The position numbers were made by a program, and so were the translations under genes. Under the pieces are notes generated by a model that made no database searches, had not been told where the DNA came from, and saw only the letters and a program-made list of their open reading frames with translations. A stretch of 64,000 nucleotides of DNA from an uncultured Pseudomonadota bacterium (lineage in GTDB: Bacteria > Babelota > Babeliae > Babelales > CAIQNR01): NCBI GenBank assembly GCA_964433415.1, contig CAYSQM010000007.1, positions 4,291-68,290 on the forward strand, given 5' to 3'. Position 1 is the stretch's first letter; each line of letters begins with the position of its first letter. Of the stretch, positions 8,526-18,728 are shown piece after piece.

Positions 8526-9452
8526 GTGGATTACAAAGATTTTATTAAGTATGTTGCAGATTTTTTGACCTATGGTGAAGTTGAAAAAAATTTAACTAAT
8601 AATACGTTGCGTTCTTATAAAAGTGATCTTTCACGATTTATTAGTTTTTGGAAACGCATTAATGAAACTGAAGGTAATGAAGTTTTTATTAAACGGGCAT
8701 TTGAACGTTACTTTTTATCATTGTTTCATGAAGAATTTGATAAAAGCTCTGTTGCTAGGAAAGTGTCTTGTTTTACGTCGTTTGAAGAGTTTGTTCATAC
8801 GCTTGGAATTCCTTTAGCATTGAATTTAAAACGACCTCATATTGATAAAAAATTGCCAGTTTATTTAAGTGTTGATGAGATTTTTTATTTGCTTGATACG
8901 GTTAAAAATGATCAATTACCAAGTAAAAGACCTTATCGTGATAAAGCAGTTTTTGAGTTGCTATATGCTACAGGTATGCGTTGTTCAGAATTGTGTTCTA
9001 TTGAAATGCAGGATATTGACTTAGAAAATAAAGTTATTAAGGTCTATGGTAAAGGACGTAAAGAACGTTTGGCTCTTTTTGGTACAAAGGCAAAAGAACG
9101 GTTAGAGCAGTATTTTAAGCATGAGAGACCGCGTGTTTTTGATTATAAAGAAAAATTGTTTATAAATACGCAAGGTGAGCCTTTGACGCCACGCACTATT
9201 CAGCGTATTATTCTTATGTTTAGAAGATTTCTTAAAGGAAATAAATTAGTAACTCCTCATAAAATTAGACATTCCTTTGCTACTCATTTATTAAATGGTG
9301 GGGCAGATTTGCGTGTTGTACAGGAGTTGCTTGGCCATCAAACATTGGCAAGTACCGAAAAATATACGCATGTAACAGGAACTCGTTTAGCTGAAATTTA
9401 TGACACAATGCATCCTTTAACTGTTATGAAGAAACTGAAAAAAGAAGCATGA
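8526..9452 (+). CDS. Tyrosine recombinase of the XerC/XerD family
   Basis: It has a GTG start, the ATGMRCSEL motif, and HKIRHSFATHLLNGGADLRVVQELLGHQTLASTEKYTHV, which carries the R-H-R-Y catalytic signature. Confidence 0.9.
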   Translation: MDYKDFIKYVADFLTYGEVEKNLTNNTLRSYKSDLSRFISFWKRINETEGNEVFIKRAFERYFLSLFHEEFDKSSVARKVSCFTSFEEFVHTLGIPLALNLKRPHIDKKLPVYLSVDEIFYLLDTVKNDQLPSKRPYRDKAVFELLYATGMRCSELCSIEMQDIDLENKVIKVYGKGRKERLALFGTKAKERLEQYFKHERPRVFDYKEKLFINTQGEPLTPRTIQRIILMFRRFLKGNKLVTPHKIRHSFATHLLNGGADLRVVQELLGHQTLASTEKYTHVTGTRLAEIYDTMHPLTVMKKLKKEA

Positions 9453-11263
9453 TTACTTCAAAAAAAGATTTTACACGACGCTTATTTTTATTAGGTATTT
9501 TTTTTATTGCAGGCTTATCTATTATTATAAGTCGTTTATTACATTTACAGATTCATCTTTCTGAAGATTTATTTAATAAAAGTAAAAGAAATTATACTCG
9601 TAAAGAACCTATTGTATCATTACGTGGTAATATTTTTGATATGCATGGAAAATTGCTTGCAACTAATAGGCCTGTCATTACGGTTTATTGGCAAGGCACT
9701 GGTAAACATGGATTAACCCAAGAACAAAAAGATACGCTTGAACAAATAAAAAAAATTCTTAACGAACCTGAAACTCAAGAGATTGCTGAAGATGCTTTAA
9801 TTAAAGCAGAACGATTATCTCAGCGATTTTTATTAGCAAAAGATGTTTCATTTAAGTATTTAAGTAAAATTAGAGAATTTTTTCCTGAAAATGAAAATAT
9901 TATCATTGAAACAGAATCTTCTCGCTTTTATCCTCATCAATCATTGGCAAGTCATTTGTTGGGGTATCTTGGTTATTTAGATGTTGATTTTGAGGGTAAG
10001 TCTGGACTTGAAAAAATGTATGAAGATATGTTAAAAGGTACTCATGGAAAAAGTTTACGCTTCATTAATTCATTTGGTAAAAATTTAGGAAAACAAGAAG
10101 TAGAGAAAGCTTCATCAGGGTCTGATATTTACACAACGTTAGATTTATCATTACAACAAATTGCAGAAGAAATTTTTCCTAAAGATATCCCTGGAGTTAT
10201 GTTGTTAATGGACCCACAAGATGGTGCTATTCGTGTTTTTCTTTCGCATCCTCACTTTGATCCTAATATTTTTTTAAAGCACCTTGATAAAGAGACATGG
10301 GAATCGTTACAGAGTAGTTCTCGTCCTTTTTTAAATAGAATCTTTCATGCGTGTTATCCTCCAGGATCTTTATTTAAATTAGTTACTTTAAGTGCCGCTT
10401 TAGAACGGGGATATATTGGTCAGAGGCATGAAGTTTATTGCCGTGGTTTTATGAATGTAGGAAGACGTACATGGTGTCATAAGCATGAAGGGCATGGTAA
10501 AATTACTGCAGCACAGGCTATTGCTTTTTCATGTAATGTCATGTTTTATGAATTAAGTAAAATAATGGACGTGGATGTTATAGCGCATTATGCATTTTTA
10601 TATGGTCTAGGTAAACAAACTAATGAGCTGTTTAAAGATGCAAAAGGATTAGTGCCAACACGTGCCTGGAAAAAGCAGGCTAAGGGTGAAAATTGGTGGT
10701 TAGGAGAAACTCTTTCTGTGAGTATTGGACAAAGTTTTTTATTAGTAACTCCTATACAAATAGCACGTATGCTTGCGAGTATTGAAACCGGTTATTTAGT
10801 AACCCCACGTGTAGTAGAACATGTGCCAGCAACGTGTGAAGTTTTGCCTATTCGTTATGAAACTCGTCAATTTTTAAAAGATGCTATGAAGACAGTAGCC
10901 GAAGTTGGTACTGCTCGAATACTTAATAATATGAAAGATTTCACTATTTGGGCAAAAACAAGTACTGCGCAAACAAGTATGCTTGAAAATCGTGATCTTG
11001 GGGCTGAGCATTTAGAACATGGATGGCTTGGATTAAATTTTAGATATAAAAATCATAAGCCAATGACTATGGTTATTTTAACAGAAAAAACTGGTACTGC
11101 TTCGTTAGCGCGAATGATTGCTAAAACGTTTTTTAATTATTATCGTAAAATAATGGTTGCGCGTGAAAAACGTGCAACTGGTCTTTGCTCTGAAGAGCTT
11201 TTAAATAGTACAATTAATGTTGAAGAAAATGTACAACAAAAAAACGAGCCTTCTTGCGAATAA
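9449..11263 (+). CDS. Class B penicillin-binding protein (PBP2/FtsI-type transpeptidase)
   Basis: It has an N-terminal TM anchor, SxxK (GSLFK), SxN (SCN) and KTS in place of KTG (AKTSTAQ). It overlaps the xer stop codon by 4 nt (ATGA). Confidence 0.88.
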   Translation: MITSKKDFTRRLFLLGIFFIAGLSIIISRLLHLQIHLSEDLFNKSKRNYTRKEPIVSLRGNIFDMHGKLLATNRPVITVYWQGTGKHGLTQEQKDTLEQIKKILNEPETQEIAEDALIKAERLSQRFLLAKDVSFKYLSKIREFFPENENIIIETESSRFYPHQSLASHLLGYLGYLDVDFEGKSGLEKMYEDMLKGTHGKSLRFINSFGKNLGKQEVEKASSGSDIYTTLDLSLQQIAEEIFPKDIPGVMLLMDPQDGAIRVFLSHPHFDPNIFLKHLDKETWESLQSSSRPFLNRIFHACYPPGSLFKLVTLSAALERGYIGQRHEVYCRGFMNVGRRTWCHKHEGHGKITAAQAIAFSCNVMFYELSKIMDVDVIAHYAFLYGLGKQTNELFKDAKGLVPTRAWKKQAKGENWWLGETLSVSIGQSFLLVTPIQIARMLASIETGYLVTPRVVEHVPATCEVLPIRYETRQFLKDAMKTVAEVGTARILNNMKDFTIWAKTSTAQTSMLENRDLGAEHLEHGWLGLNFRYKNHKPMTMVILTEKTGTASLARMIAKTFFNYYRKIMVAREKRATGLCSEELLNSTINVEENVQQKNEPSCE

Positions 11264-11297
11264 GCCCGTTTTAAATTTTTTGTCTAAAAAAAGTAAA

Positions 11298-11573
11298 TTA
11301 CTCAGCTGATCTTTTAGCTGCAGCAACTTTTTTAGCAAGACGACCAACTTTGCGAGAAGCGGTGTTTTTATCTAAAACTCTTTTTCCAGCAGCACGTGAA
11401 ATTTGTGCTTCTGCATCTTTAAGCAATAATTGTGCTGAAGTTACATCGCCTTTTTCTAATGCAACGATAACTTTTTTAACTGCAGTTTTAATTGCAGACT
11501 TTCTTGCTAAATTTCTTTGTCGTTTAACGACATCTTGCGTCGCTCTTTTTTTTGCGGATGCAATATTTGCCAT
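11298..11573 (-). CDS. rpsT: 30S ribosomal protein S20
   Basis: The N-terminus MANIASAKKRATQDVVKRQRNLARKS... is typical of S20, and the length of 91 aa fits. Confidence 0.93.
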   Translation of the reverse strand: MANIASAKKRATQDVVKRQRNLARKSAIKTAVKKVIVALEKGDVTSAQLLLKDAEAQISRAAGKRVLDKNTASRKVGRLAKKVAAAKRSAE

Positions 11574-11591
11574 AGAATTATACCTTTATTT

Positions 11592-11795
11592 CTATAAGAC
11601 TTTTTGTACTTTATCTGCTTTCACACACTTTGTGCATACGTTACCGCTATAGACCTTATTCTTTTGGTCTTGTGTAACAGTGAAACGCATTCTGTGAACG
11701 TTCGGATACACCCAACGTTTAACTTTATTATTTGCCTTACTCACAAGATTTGCTACTTGTGGTCTTTTGCCGCATACCAAACATATTCTGGCCAT
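11592..11795 (-). CDS. rpmB: 50S ribosomal protein L28 (Cys-containing form)
   Basis: MARICLVCGKRPQVANLVSKANNKVKRW... matches the L28 N-terminus. The protein carries CxxC at both ends (C5/C8 and C54/C57). Confidence 0.9.
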   Translation of the reverse strand: MARICLVCGKRPQVANLVSKANNKVKRWVYPNVHRMRFTVTQDQKNKVYSGNVCTKCVKADKVQKVL

Positions 11796-11898
11796 TAAAA
11801 ACCTTTCTTCATGCCTAAGAACTATAACTTTTTAAATACTGATTTAAGAAGGTAGAGCAATCATTATACTATAACCGAGCTGTTTTTCAAATTTGGGT

Positions 11899-12669
11899 TT
11901 AGTGAGTTTTGACTAAAAGCATTAATTCATCATAAATTGGATTAGTTGAGGCTAAAAATGTCTTATATTCTGGAGTAATTTCTTCCCCTTCAAAGTCAGT
12001 TACGGTACCGCCAGCTTCTTTTATTATTAAAATTCCTGCTGCTACATCCCACCAAGAAAGGCCTTGCATTAATAAGGCATCTGCTTTTCCTGCTGCAAAA
12101 TAAGCTTGGTCAAGCGCGGCTGCTCCAAAGGTTCTGACCGTATATGCTTTATGAGCTACTTCGTGCATGTTATTAAAGAACTGTGCATTTTTTTTATAAG
12201 GCACTGCAAAAAGAATAACCGAAGCATTTAACTCTTTTTTTTGAGAAATCTTTAATCGGTTATTATTTAAATATGAACCATTGCCTTTAATAGCATAAAA
12301 AAATTCTTTAAGGAGTGGATTATAAATAGCACCAACTACGGGTAAATTATTTTTTGTGAGCGCTACTGAAATGCAAAAATAGGGTAGTCCTTGAGCAAAA
12401 TTGGTGGTGCCATCGAGCGGATCTATAACCCATTGGTGTTCTTTTTCGCTATCTTGGCTACCAGATTCTTCTGCAAAAAAACCAGCCTCTGGTAAAAGTG
12501 CATGCAACTTTTCGATTAAGAATTTTTCACTTGCTAGATCTGCTTGCGTAGCAAAGCTTCCGTCAGTTTTATTAAAACGCTCTAAATTATTATTAAAATA
12601 GGTTAATAATAATTCTCCTGCTTCTTTTATAATCTCTTCTAGAGGTTTTATAAGTTTTTCATAGTTCAT
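11899..12669 (-). CDS. Inositol monophosphatase family protein (SuhB-like)
   Basis: It carries the motifs WVIDPLDGTTNF and WWDVAAG, and its length of 256 aa fits the family. Confidence 0.88.
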   Translation of the reverse strand: MNYEKLIKPLEEIIKEAGELLLTYFNNNLERFNKTDGSFATQADLASEKFLIEKLHALLPEAGFFAEESGSQDSEKEHQWVIDPLDGTTNFAQGLPYFCISVALTKNNLPVVGAIYNPLLKEFFYAIKGNGSYLNNNRLKISQKKELNASVILFAVPYKKNAQFFNNMHEVAHKAYTVRTFGAAALDQAYFAAGKADALLMQGLSWWDVAAGILIIKEAGGTVTDFEGEEITPEYKTFLASTNPIYDELMLLVKTH

Positions 12670-12694
12670 AACTTTATTCTTTTTTTAATGATAA

Positions 12695-12730
12695 AAAGGT
12701 GTTATTAAACTTACGCAAAATAACACCTTT
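12695..12730 (-). terminator. Probable terminator of ftsH
   Basis: The stem aaaggtgttat/ataacaccttt encloses a 14-nt loop and runs into T residues on the minus strand, 29 nt after the ftsH stop. Confidence 0.5.
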
Positions 12731-12758
12731 AATTTTTATAGATTACTATTTATTTAGA

Positions 12759-14747
12759 TTAAGCTTCAGTAAATTTATGATCTTCGCGTGAAGTGATTCC
12801 TAATAATTCGTAAATTTCACTCGCAAACATGGTTTCTTTTTCTAGCAATGCAAATGAAAGTTTATCAAGCTTATCGCGATTAGTAGTTAAAAGTTCCTTT
12901 GCATCTTTGTAGCATGCATCAATAATTGCACGTACTTCAGCATCAATAGTTTCAGCAGTATGTTGTGAATAAACAAATTCGCCTTCACGTTGTGAATAAA
13001 CAACAGGCCCAAGCTTGTCTGACATTCCATAACGGCATACCATATCGCGTGCAATAGCAGTAGCAGCCTGGAAATCACTATAAGCACCAGTTGAAAGTTT
13101 ATTGAATACTAATTCTTCTGCAACACGCCCACCTAAAGCAGCTTTAATAGAAGCGATCATTTCATCTTTATCGCGAGAATATTTTTCACGTTCTGGTAAA
13201 AAATGAGTAACCCCTAAAGCACGACCTCTTGGGATAATAGTCATTTTATGTAAAGGATCAGTTGATTCTGGCATTAAAAGACGAATTAATGCATGACCAG
13301 ATTCATGGAAAGCAGTCATCTTACGTTCATCTTCAGAAAGCACTATAGTTTTAACTTCTTTACCTAATAAAATTTTATCACGAGCTTCTTCAAAATCTTT
13401 AATGGTAATATTTTCTGAATTGCTTTTTGATGCAATAATTGCAGCTTCGTTAATTAAATTAGCAAGATCTGCACCAGAAAACCCTGGGGTTCCGCGAGCA
13501 ATTTTTTTAAGATCAACTTCAGGGTCCATAGTGACTCCTTTAGCATGCACTATAAGAATCTGTTCACGGCTTAATAAATCAGGGTAAGGTACTTCAACGC
13601 GTCTATCAAAGCGGCCAGGGCGTAATAATGCTTTATCAAGAACATCGGGTCTATTTGAAGCGGCTAATACAATGACTGGATCTTTTGATGTTTCAAATCC
13701 ATCCATCTCTGTTAAAAGTTGGTTTAATGTTTGTTCGCGTTCATCATGACCACCACCTAAACCGCTGCCACGGTGACGTCCAACTGCGTCAATTTCGTCA
13801 ATAAAAATAATAGAAGGAGCATGTTTGCGAGCTTGTGCAAAAAGGTCGCGTACACGCGCTGCTCCAACACCAACAAATACTTCGATAAAGTCTGAACCGC
13901 TGATGCTAAAGAAAGGACAATTTGCTTCACCAGCAACAGCACGGGCTAATAAAGTTTTACCATTTCCTGGTTCTCCAACTAATAAAACACCACGGGTGAT
14001 TTTTGCACCAAGACGTTTATATTTTTCAGGATTTTTTAGGAAATCAACCACATCTTGGAGTTCTTCTTTTGCTTCAGCTGCACCAGCAACAGAAGAGAAC
14101 TTTTCTTTGATGGTTGAAGGCATAAACATTTTTGCTTTGCTTTTACCCATGGAAAAGAGGTTGCTTCCACCGTTTTGACGAGAAGGTCTAAAGATAAAGT
14201 AAACGGCTATTAAAATAGCAACTAATCCAAGAATAAGTAAAATCATCCAGCTACTTAAAGGAGAAGTAGTATTAAGAACTGCAAATTCTACCCCATGTTT
14301 TTTAAGTAAATCCCATTGTGAAGGCATATTAGTAATAGTCGTTTCAAATGAACGGAGTCCATTAAGTGAATCAACTATTTTTCTGGTTGCAGTGAGTTCA
14401 TTTTGTACTCTGTTGAGTTCTTCTTGAATGAGTTCCAGCTCTAGTGGGCTTGTTTTTCCTTCAGAAAGTGCTTGCACTTTAGCAACAGCTGCTTGTTTTT
14501 GAGAAAGAACTTGTGCAAGTTCATCTGGTGTTTTTATAAGCCCATATACTTGCGTGTCTTCTACACGAACTTCTTTGATTATGTCATGCTCAATCAGATT
14601 AATATAATGTGAGAAAGTAACTTCTCCACGATCTCTAATTGAATCAGTAACACGTGTTAACATAAATAGACAGCCCACTAATAATATAACCACAATGATC
14701 AGATTAGTAGGACCGCCATTTCCTTTGAAAAAACTCTTTTTTTTCAT
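12759..14747 (-). CDS. ftsH: ATP-dependent zinc metalloprotease FtsH
   Basis: It has Walker A GEPGNGKT, Walker [31 protein letters not shown] and the zinc site HESGHA. Two TM segments flank a long, coiled-coil-like extracytoplasmic region. Confidence 0.95.
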   Translation of the reverse strand: MKKKSFFKGNGGPTNLIIVVILLVGCLFMLTRVTDSIRDRGEVTFSHYINLIEHDIIKEVRVEDTQVYGLIKTPDELAQVLSQKQAAVAKVQALSEGKTSPLELELIQEELNRVQNELTATRKIVDSLNGLRSFETTITNMPSQWDLLKKHGVEFAVLNTTSPLSSWMILLILGLVAILIAVYFIFRPSRQNGGSNLFSMGKSKAKMFMPSTIKEKFSSVAGAAEAKEELQDVVDFLKNPEKYKRLGAKITRGVLLVGEPGNGKTLLARAVAGEANCPFFSISGSDFIEVFVGVGAARVRDLFAQARKHAPSIIFIDEIDAVGRHRGSGLGGGHDEREQTLNQLLTEMDGFETSKDPVIVLAASNRPDVLDKALLRPGRFDRRVEVPYPDLLSREQILIVHAKGVTMDPEVDLKKIARGTPGFSGADLANLINEAAIIASKSNSENITIKDFEEARDKILLGKEVKTIVLSEDERKMTAFHESGHALIRLLMPESTDPLHKMTIIPRGRALGVTHFLPEREKYSRDKDEMIASIKAALGGRVAEELVFNKLSTGAYSDFQAATAIARDMVCRYGMSDKLGPVVYSQREGEFVYSQHTAETIDAEVRAIIDACYKDAKELLTTNRDKLDKLSFALLEKETMFASEIYELLGITSREDHKFTEA

Positions 14748-14822
14748 GAGAACTCCATAGTAATTTAGAAGAATATTTATAATAAAGAGTACTAAAAAAC
14801 TCTCTTCCTGTCGACTATATCA

Positions 14823-16124
14823 CTAGCTTATTTTAGAAAACAATGAGTGGGTCGACCAGGCAGGATAAGTGATTGATGAAGTTCCATCAGTAATAGAGCT
14901 TTGTTTGCCGGTTAACATACTGTGTACTACTAATTGTTTTTTATTTTTTTCTTCTGTTGCAAATAAAATATAATTCCCACAAGGAGACCAAGAGCATTCT
15001 TCTTTATGAATTGAATCAGTAGTGATCTGTTTTGTTGAATTGGTTTTAAAGTCATAGCACATTACTTGGCCACGACCTTCAATAAGTTTAATAAATGCAA
15101 CTTTATTATTGGTTGAATTATAAACAGGTGATGTGCAAAATCCGCCATCAGAAAGACAGGCTAAATTTTTTCCTTCTTTGTCCATAATATAAATTTGAGG
15201 AGTTTTTGTTTTGTAATCTGAGCAAAAAACAATGCGCCCATCAGTTAGAATGGTGGGGGAGATATTGGTACCTTTGTTGCGAGTTAAAGAGACATATTCT
15301 CTACGCTTAGTTTTTTTATTGATAATAGAGCGATAAAGTTGGCTATTTCCTTCTGCTGAAAGGCAGACTACGACTTCTTTTCCATCAGGTGAAAAAGCTG
15401 GTAGCATATTAAGCCCATCAAAATTGGTAGCAATACTTTTATTACCTTTTAAGTCGGTTATCATTAAGCGTAAATTAGTAGCAGTATATTCAGAATATAA
15501 AATAAGTGGATTAAGTGGATCGTTGTTCCATCGCGGAGCAATAGCAAGTGTATTGAGTGAGGTGATTACTTTGATATTAGATCCATCGTAATCTGCAATA
15601 CAGATATCGGTTTTATTCTTTTTTCGTTCACGACAAAAAACTATTTTACTTCCAAAGAGTGCTTCTTTGTTAGTTAAAATTTTTAAGAGTTCGTTGCTTA
15701 CCTTATGGCCTAGCTCTTCTTGGTTTTTTTCTAACTTACTGTGGATTTTTGTCACTTTTAATGAGCTGGTATCATAAAGTTTTGCTAAAAAATTATCTCC
15801 TTCAGAGCTAATTGAAACAAAAAATGGGTAAGTTTTTGACCATTCTTTCATTTGTTCTACTGTGAATTCATGATTTTTTTGTTTTGGATCTATTTTTTGT
15901 AGTTCTTCGGTATTGATAGATGGGTTAAATTGGCCGGTGAAAGACAGGTTGCGTTTTATTGTTTTACAACAATCGTTAAGTGGTACATTTTTATTGATAA
16001 GCTCTATTAATAAAATAGATATAGCTTTTGTTTTTTTTGCATTAATTGAAACAGTTTCCTCTGTAGTTAATGCTCTAAAAATTAATATATTTAAAATTAT
16101 GGAGATGCCTATTATTTGCTTCAT
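14823..16124 (-). CDS. tolB: TolB-like periplasmic beta-propeller protein
   Basis: It has a signal peptide and repeated PD40-type motifs (PAFSPDGKEVVV, SWSPCGNYILF). It lies near tolQRA. Confidence 0.8.
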   Translation of the reverse strand: MKQIIGISIILNILIFRALTTEETVSINAKKTKAISILLIELINKNVPLNDCCKTIKRNLSFTGQFNPSINTEELQKIDPKQKNHEFTVEQMKEWSKTYPFFVSISSEGDNFLAKLYDTSSLKVTKIHSKLEKNQEELGHKVSNELLKILTNKEALFGSKIVFCRERKKNKTDICIADYDGSNIKVITSLNTLAIAPRWNNDPLNPLILYSEYTATNLRLMITDLKGNKSIATNFDGLNMLPAFSPDGKEVVVCLSAEGNSQLYRSIINKKTKRREYVSLTRNKGTNISPTILTDGRIVFCSDYKTKTPQIYIMDKEGKNLACLSDGGFCTSPVYNSTNNKVAFIKLIEGRGQVMCYDFKTNSTKQITTDSIHKEECSWSPCGNYILFATEEKNKKQLVVHSMLTGKQSSITDGTSSITYPAWSTHSLFSKIS

Positions 16125-16291
16125 TTTCTTCCTTTTTTATTGGCTTTTTATTTGTGAGTATAATTAATAGTATTAGCATAAAATTTTTATTGAACTATAA
16201 CAAAAAAATAAGACACTATTTGTATCTATTATTTATAGATTATTTGTTTTAACAAATAAAAAGCCAATCTACTTAAGAAAAAATAAATCAT

Positions 16292-16603
16292 TTATTTCCG
16301 CTTTTTTGCTCTTGATTGGGAAGCTGAATAAGTAGGATTAGAGCTCATATTTTTTGCTTTTAATTGAGAAGCTGAATAAGCAGGATTAGAGCTCATATTT
16401 TTTTCTCTTGATTGAGAACCTGAAAAAGCAGGGTTAGAGCTGGTAGAGTCTGGCGTTGCATTTGCAAGAGCAAACGCGATTAAGCTAAAACTTGCTAGAT
16501 TTACTTGCCTTAAGTTTTCTCTTTTTTCTGAAAAAGAAGGCTTTTCAGAGCAAAAAATTGTTGATGAAAGGGATAAGGTTAAAAGTAATAGTAATTTTTT
16601 CAT
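16292..16603 (-). CDS. Small secreted protein with three 16-aa tandem repeats
   Basis: The signal peptide MKKLLLLLTLSLSSTIFC is followed by the repeats SSNPAFSGSQSREKNM / SSNPAYSASQLKAKNM / SSNPTYSASQSRAKKRK. Confidence 0.6.
   Translation of the reverse strand: MKKLLLLLTLSLSSTIFCSEKPSFSEKRENLRQVNLASFSLIAFALANATPDSTSSNPAFSGSQSREKNMSSNPAYSASQLKAKNMSSNPTYSASQSRAKKRK
16308..16444 (-). repeat. 48-bp tandem repeat, about 3 copies, in frame
   Basis: Units related to gc(t)cttgattg(g)gaagctgaataag(t/c)aggattagagctcatattttt start at about 16308, 16356 and 16405. Confidence 0.8.
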
Positions 16604-16897
16604 ATTTTTACTTTCTTATATTAAGAATCCTATAAATTGTTTCCATCAAGATATTGTATATTATATTATTATTTTTAATAGAGAATCTTAATTTTTATTT
16701 TATTTAAATCTGGTGATAGCTTTAAATAAAATGATAGCTTTTTATAGTTAGATTCTATATATCTAGCTTTCTTAAATAATTATAGTTTTGTTGGTATTTC
16801 CTTGCTATGTTTGCAATAAATTTTAATAAAGATGTAATTATGTATATTTCAAATGTGAAATATTGAAATAATTGAAAGTTGGGTTTTTATAAAAATA

Positions 16898-17689
16898 ATG
16901 AGGTCTGTTATGAATAAAAAAGAAATGAAAAAAATGATAAAATTAGGCTTACTTTTAGCTTTAACTATTTTTAAGATTAATCTGGTTAGTGCAGCAGAAC
17001 AAGAAGTAAGAAAAATAGATTTTAGCTCAAGACAAGAAAGACTCTTGCAGGTTACTAGTTTGCAAATGTTAGCGCTTAAATATATTGAAAAGGGAATGTC
17101 TGAAAATAATGAAAGGTTAATGGATTCTTTTAAAATAAGCTTAAAAGAAAATAGCATTATTAAAATTATTTTTGAAAAAAATATGAGTCGCAGGTTGTTG
17201 CAATTGGCTTTAATTGAATGTAATAAGAGCACAGAAGATAGAAAATCTCCATTAGAAGTATATGAAAAAATGTCGCCAATTCTATCTTTTTTAATAAGCA
17301 AAAGAGAATTAGATTATTCTTTATCATTTAGAGATTTGATTGAATCAGGTGTTGATATTCGTAAGTGCATTAAAGAGTACTCTTATGAAAAATATGTTCT
17401 TTATCTGAATAATTTATCATTGACATCTTTGGATGGGTTGCAAGATGTATTATTCGATTCTAGGATTAAAGTTTTACATTTGCAAAATAATAATTTTAAA
17501 GTGCTTACAAGAGGAATTTTTGCAACATTGGGTTCCTTGGAAAGATTAGATCTTTATAATGCTGGATTAGAAAGAATAGAGGTGGGAGTATTCGCGGATT
17601 TACCATACTTGAAAATGATAGATGCTTTAAGTAACAAGTTTACTTTAGAAGCAAGAAGTGAATTGTTAAGTCTAACAGCCCGAAATTAA
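16898..17689 (+). CDS. Secreted protein with C-terminal leucine-rich repeats of the typical (eukaryote-like) type
   Basis: It has a signal peptide (KLGLLLALTIFKINLVSA). The LRR units are LNNLSLTSLDGLQDV.., IKVLHLQNNNFKVLTRGIFATLGSLERLDLYNAGLERIEVGVFADLPYLKMIDALSNKF. Confidence 0.7.
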   Translation: MRSVMNKKEMKKMIKLGLLLALTIFKINLVSAAEQEVRKIDFSSRQERLLQVTSLQMLALKYIEKGMSENNERLMDSFKISLKENSIIKIIFEKNMSRRLLQLALIECNKSTEDRKSPLEVYEKMSPILSFLISKRELDYSLSFRDLIESGVDIRKCIKEYSYEKYVLYLNNLSLTSLDGLQDVLFDSRIKVLHLQNNNFKVLTRGIFATLGSLERLDLYNAGLERIEVGVFADLPYLKMIDALSNKFTLEARSELLSLTARN

Positions 17690-17752
17690 CTAGGCATATT
17701 AAAAATATATCTAGTTGGCCTGATTAATTGTTGCGAAAGTTAAACTTAATAG

Positions 17753-18697
17753 TTAAGATTTAAAGCACAAGGTAAAGCTTTTGTTCCATAATTGATGTGG
17801 GAATTTAATTTCAGGTAGTGCGCGTTCAACAGTAGCATCATAAATGCGTACTCCAGAGATTTCTTCATAGATAGTTTCAATTAACTTGCCATCACGATTT
17901 AAAGTAATTCTAACTTTGCATTCTATATCTTGTCCCATGCCAGCAGGCGGGTTCCAAGCACTCGTTACTGCTTCTTGTAATGCTCCGCCAAGCTGTAATG
18001 CTTCCAGTTCTTTATAATCAACGTATAAAATATCTTCTTCTGAATCAGACAATTGATCAGAAGTTTGTGTAGCTTCTAGATTTAATATTTGCTCGTTTAA
18101 AGTAAGTTCTGGTTGAACGGCTTCTGGCTTTATTTTTTCTTGTTCTGTAGGCATTTTTGTTGTTTCGGGTACTACTTGAGCATGCTCTGGTTTTTTTATT
18201 AAACTAAGGTGAGGCATAATCGGTTTAGGTAATGTTTTTGCTGAAAATTCTTTTTTTAAAACACCTTCTTTTTGAATCTTTTTTTTTGATTTTTTTTTAG
18301 CGCTTTTTATCTGTTGAAGTTTGATTTTTTTTAGAGGTTCGCTTTTAATTACTGTTGATGGTTTTTTTTGCGAAGCTAGAAGAGGTTCTTTAGAGGGAGT
18401 ATTGGTCTGAACTTCTAGTTTTTTGGTAGTACGTAAAGCAGAGCGTGAATTTGATTTTTTTGAAGGGTTAGATCTTTTAATTTTTTTTGAACCTCGATGT
18501 AGTCCTTTTATGCTTGATCCAAAAGGGACCAAGCGCACTTTTACATTTTGCGCATTGGCACGAACTTGTAAACTGGTTAAATCAGGTTGATGGTTTGTAG
18601 AAAAAACAAATAAAAAGAGACCTAAACAAACATGGATAACGCATGATGTGGCTATAAATAGATTTAAATTGCCAGCACTATTATGAGAGGTTGCCAT
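17753..18697 (-). CDS. tolA: TolA/TonB-like envelope-spanning protein
   Basis: I prefer the ATG at 18697 (MATSHNS...) over the track start at 18775, which overlaps tolR by 47 nt. The protein has a TM helix, a K/P/S-rich linker and a C-terminal TonB_C/TolA-III-like domain (KVRITLNRDGKLIETIYEEISGVRIYDATVERAL). Confidence 0.7.
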   Translation of the reverse strand: MATSHNSAGNLNLFIATSCVIHVCLGLFLFVFSTNHQPDLTSLQVRANAQNVKVRLVPFGSSIKGLHRGSKKIKRSNPSKKSNSRSALRTTKKLEVQTNTPSKEPLLASQKKPSTVIKSEPLKKIKLQQIKSAKKKSKKKIQKEGVLKKEFSAKTLPKPIMPHLSLIKKPEHAQVVPETTKMPTEQEKIKPEAVQPELTLNEQILNLEATQTSDQLSDSEEDILYVDYKELEALQLGGALQEAVTSAWNPPAGMGQDIECKVRITLNRDGKLIETIYEEISGVRIYDATVERALPEIKFPHQLWNKSFTLCFKS

Positions 18698-18728
18698 TTG
18701 TTTATTACTTATTTTACTTATTAAATTA

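Noticed and set aside
8526-9452. The tyrosine recombinase considered as a marker of an integrated mobile element
   Set aside because: It has full XerC/D-type motifs, is translationally coupled to a housekeeping PBP, and has no flanking direct repeats, tRNA or phage/IS genes in view.
11350-11798. Plus-strand ORFs 11350..11652 and 11604..11798
   Set aside because: They are antisense to the clearly recognisable rpsT and rpmB, and they carry no motifs or ribosome-binding site.
12401-14178. Several 60-117-aa ORFs overlapping suhB-like and ftsH (12401..12601, 12887..13087, 13402..13587, 13757..13942, 13825..14178)
   Set aside because: They are nested in, or antisense to, strongly supported genes. 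They are typical shadow ORFs.
16849-17301. A 150-aa minus-strand ORF overlapping the start of the LRR gene
   Set aside because: It has an I/L/F/K/S low-complexity composition typical of AT-rich antisense reading. The plus-strand ORF has a signal peptide and LRR motifs.
18556-18571. TGGCACGAACTTGTAA, which resembles a sigma-54 -24/-12 element
   Set aside because: The -12 part (TGTA) deviates from TTGC. The site lies inside tolA, on the antisense strand, with no downstream gene to drive.
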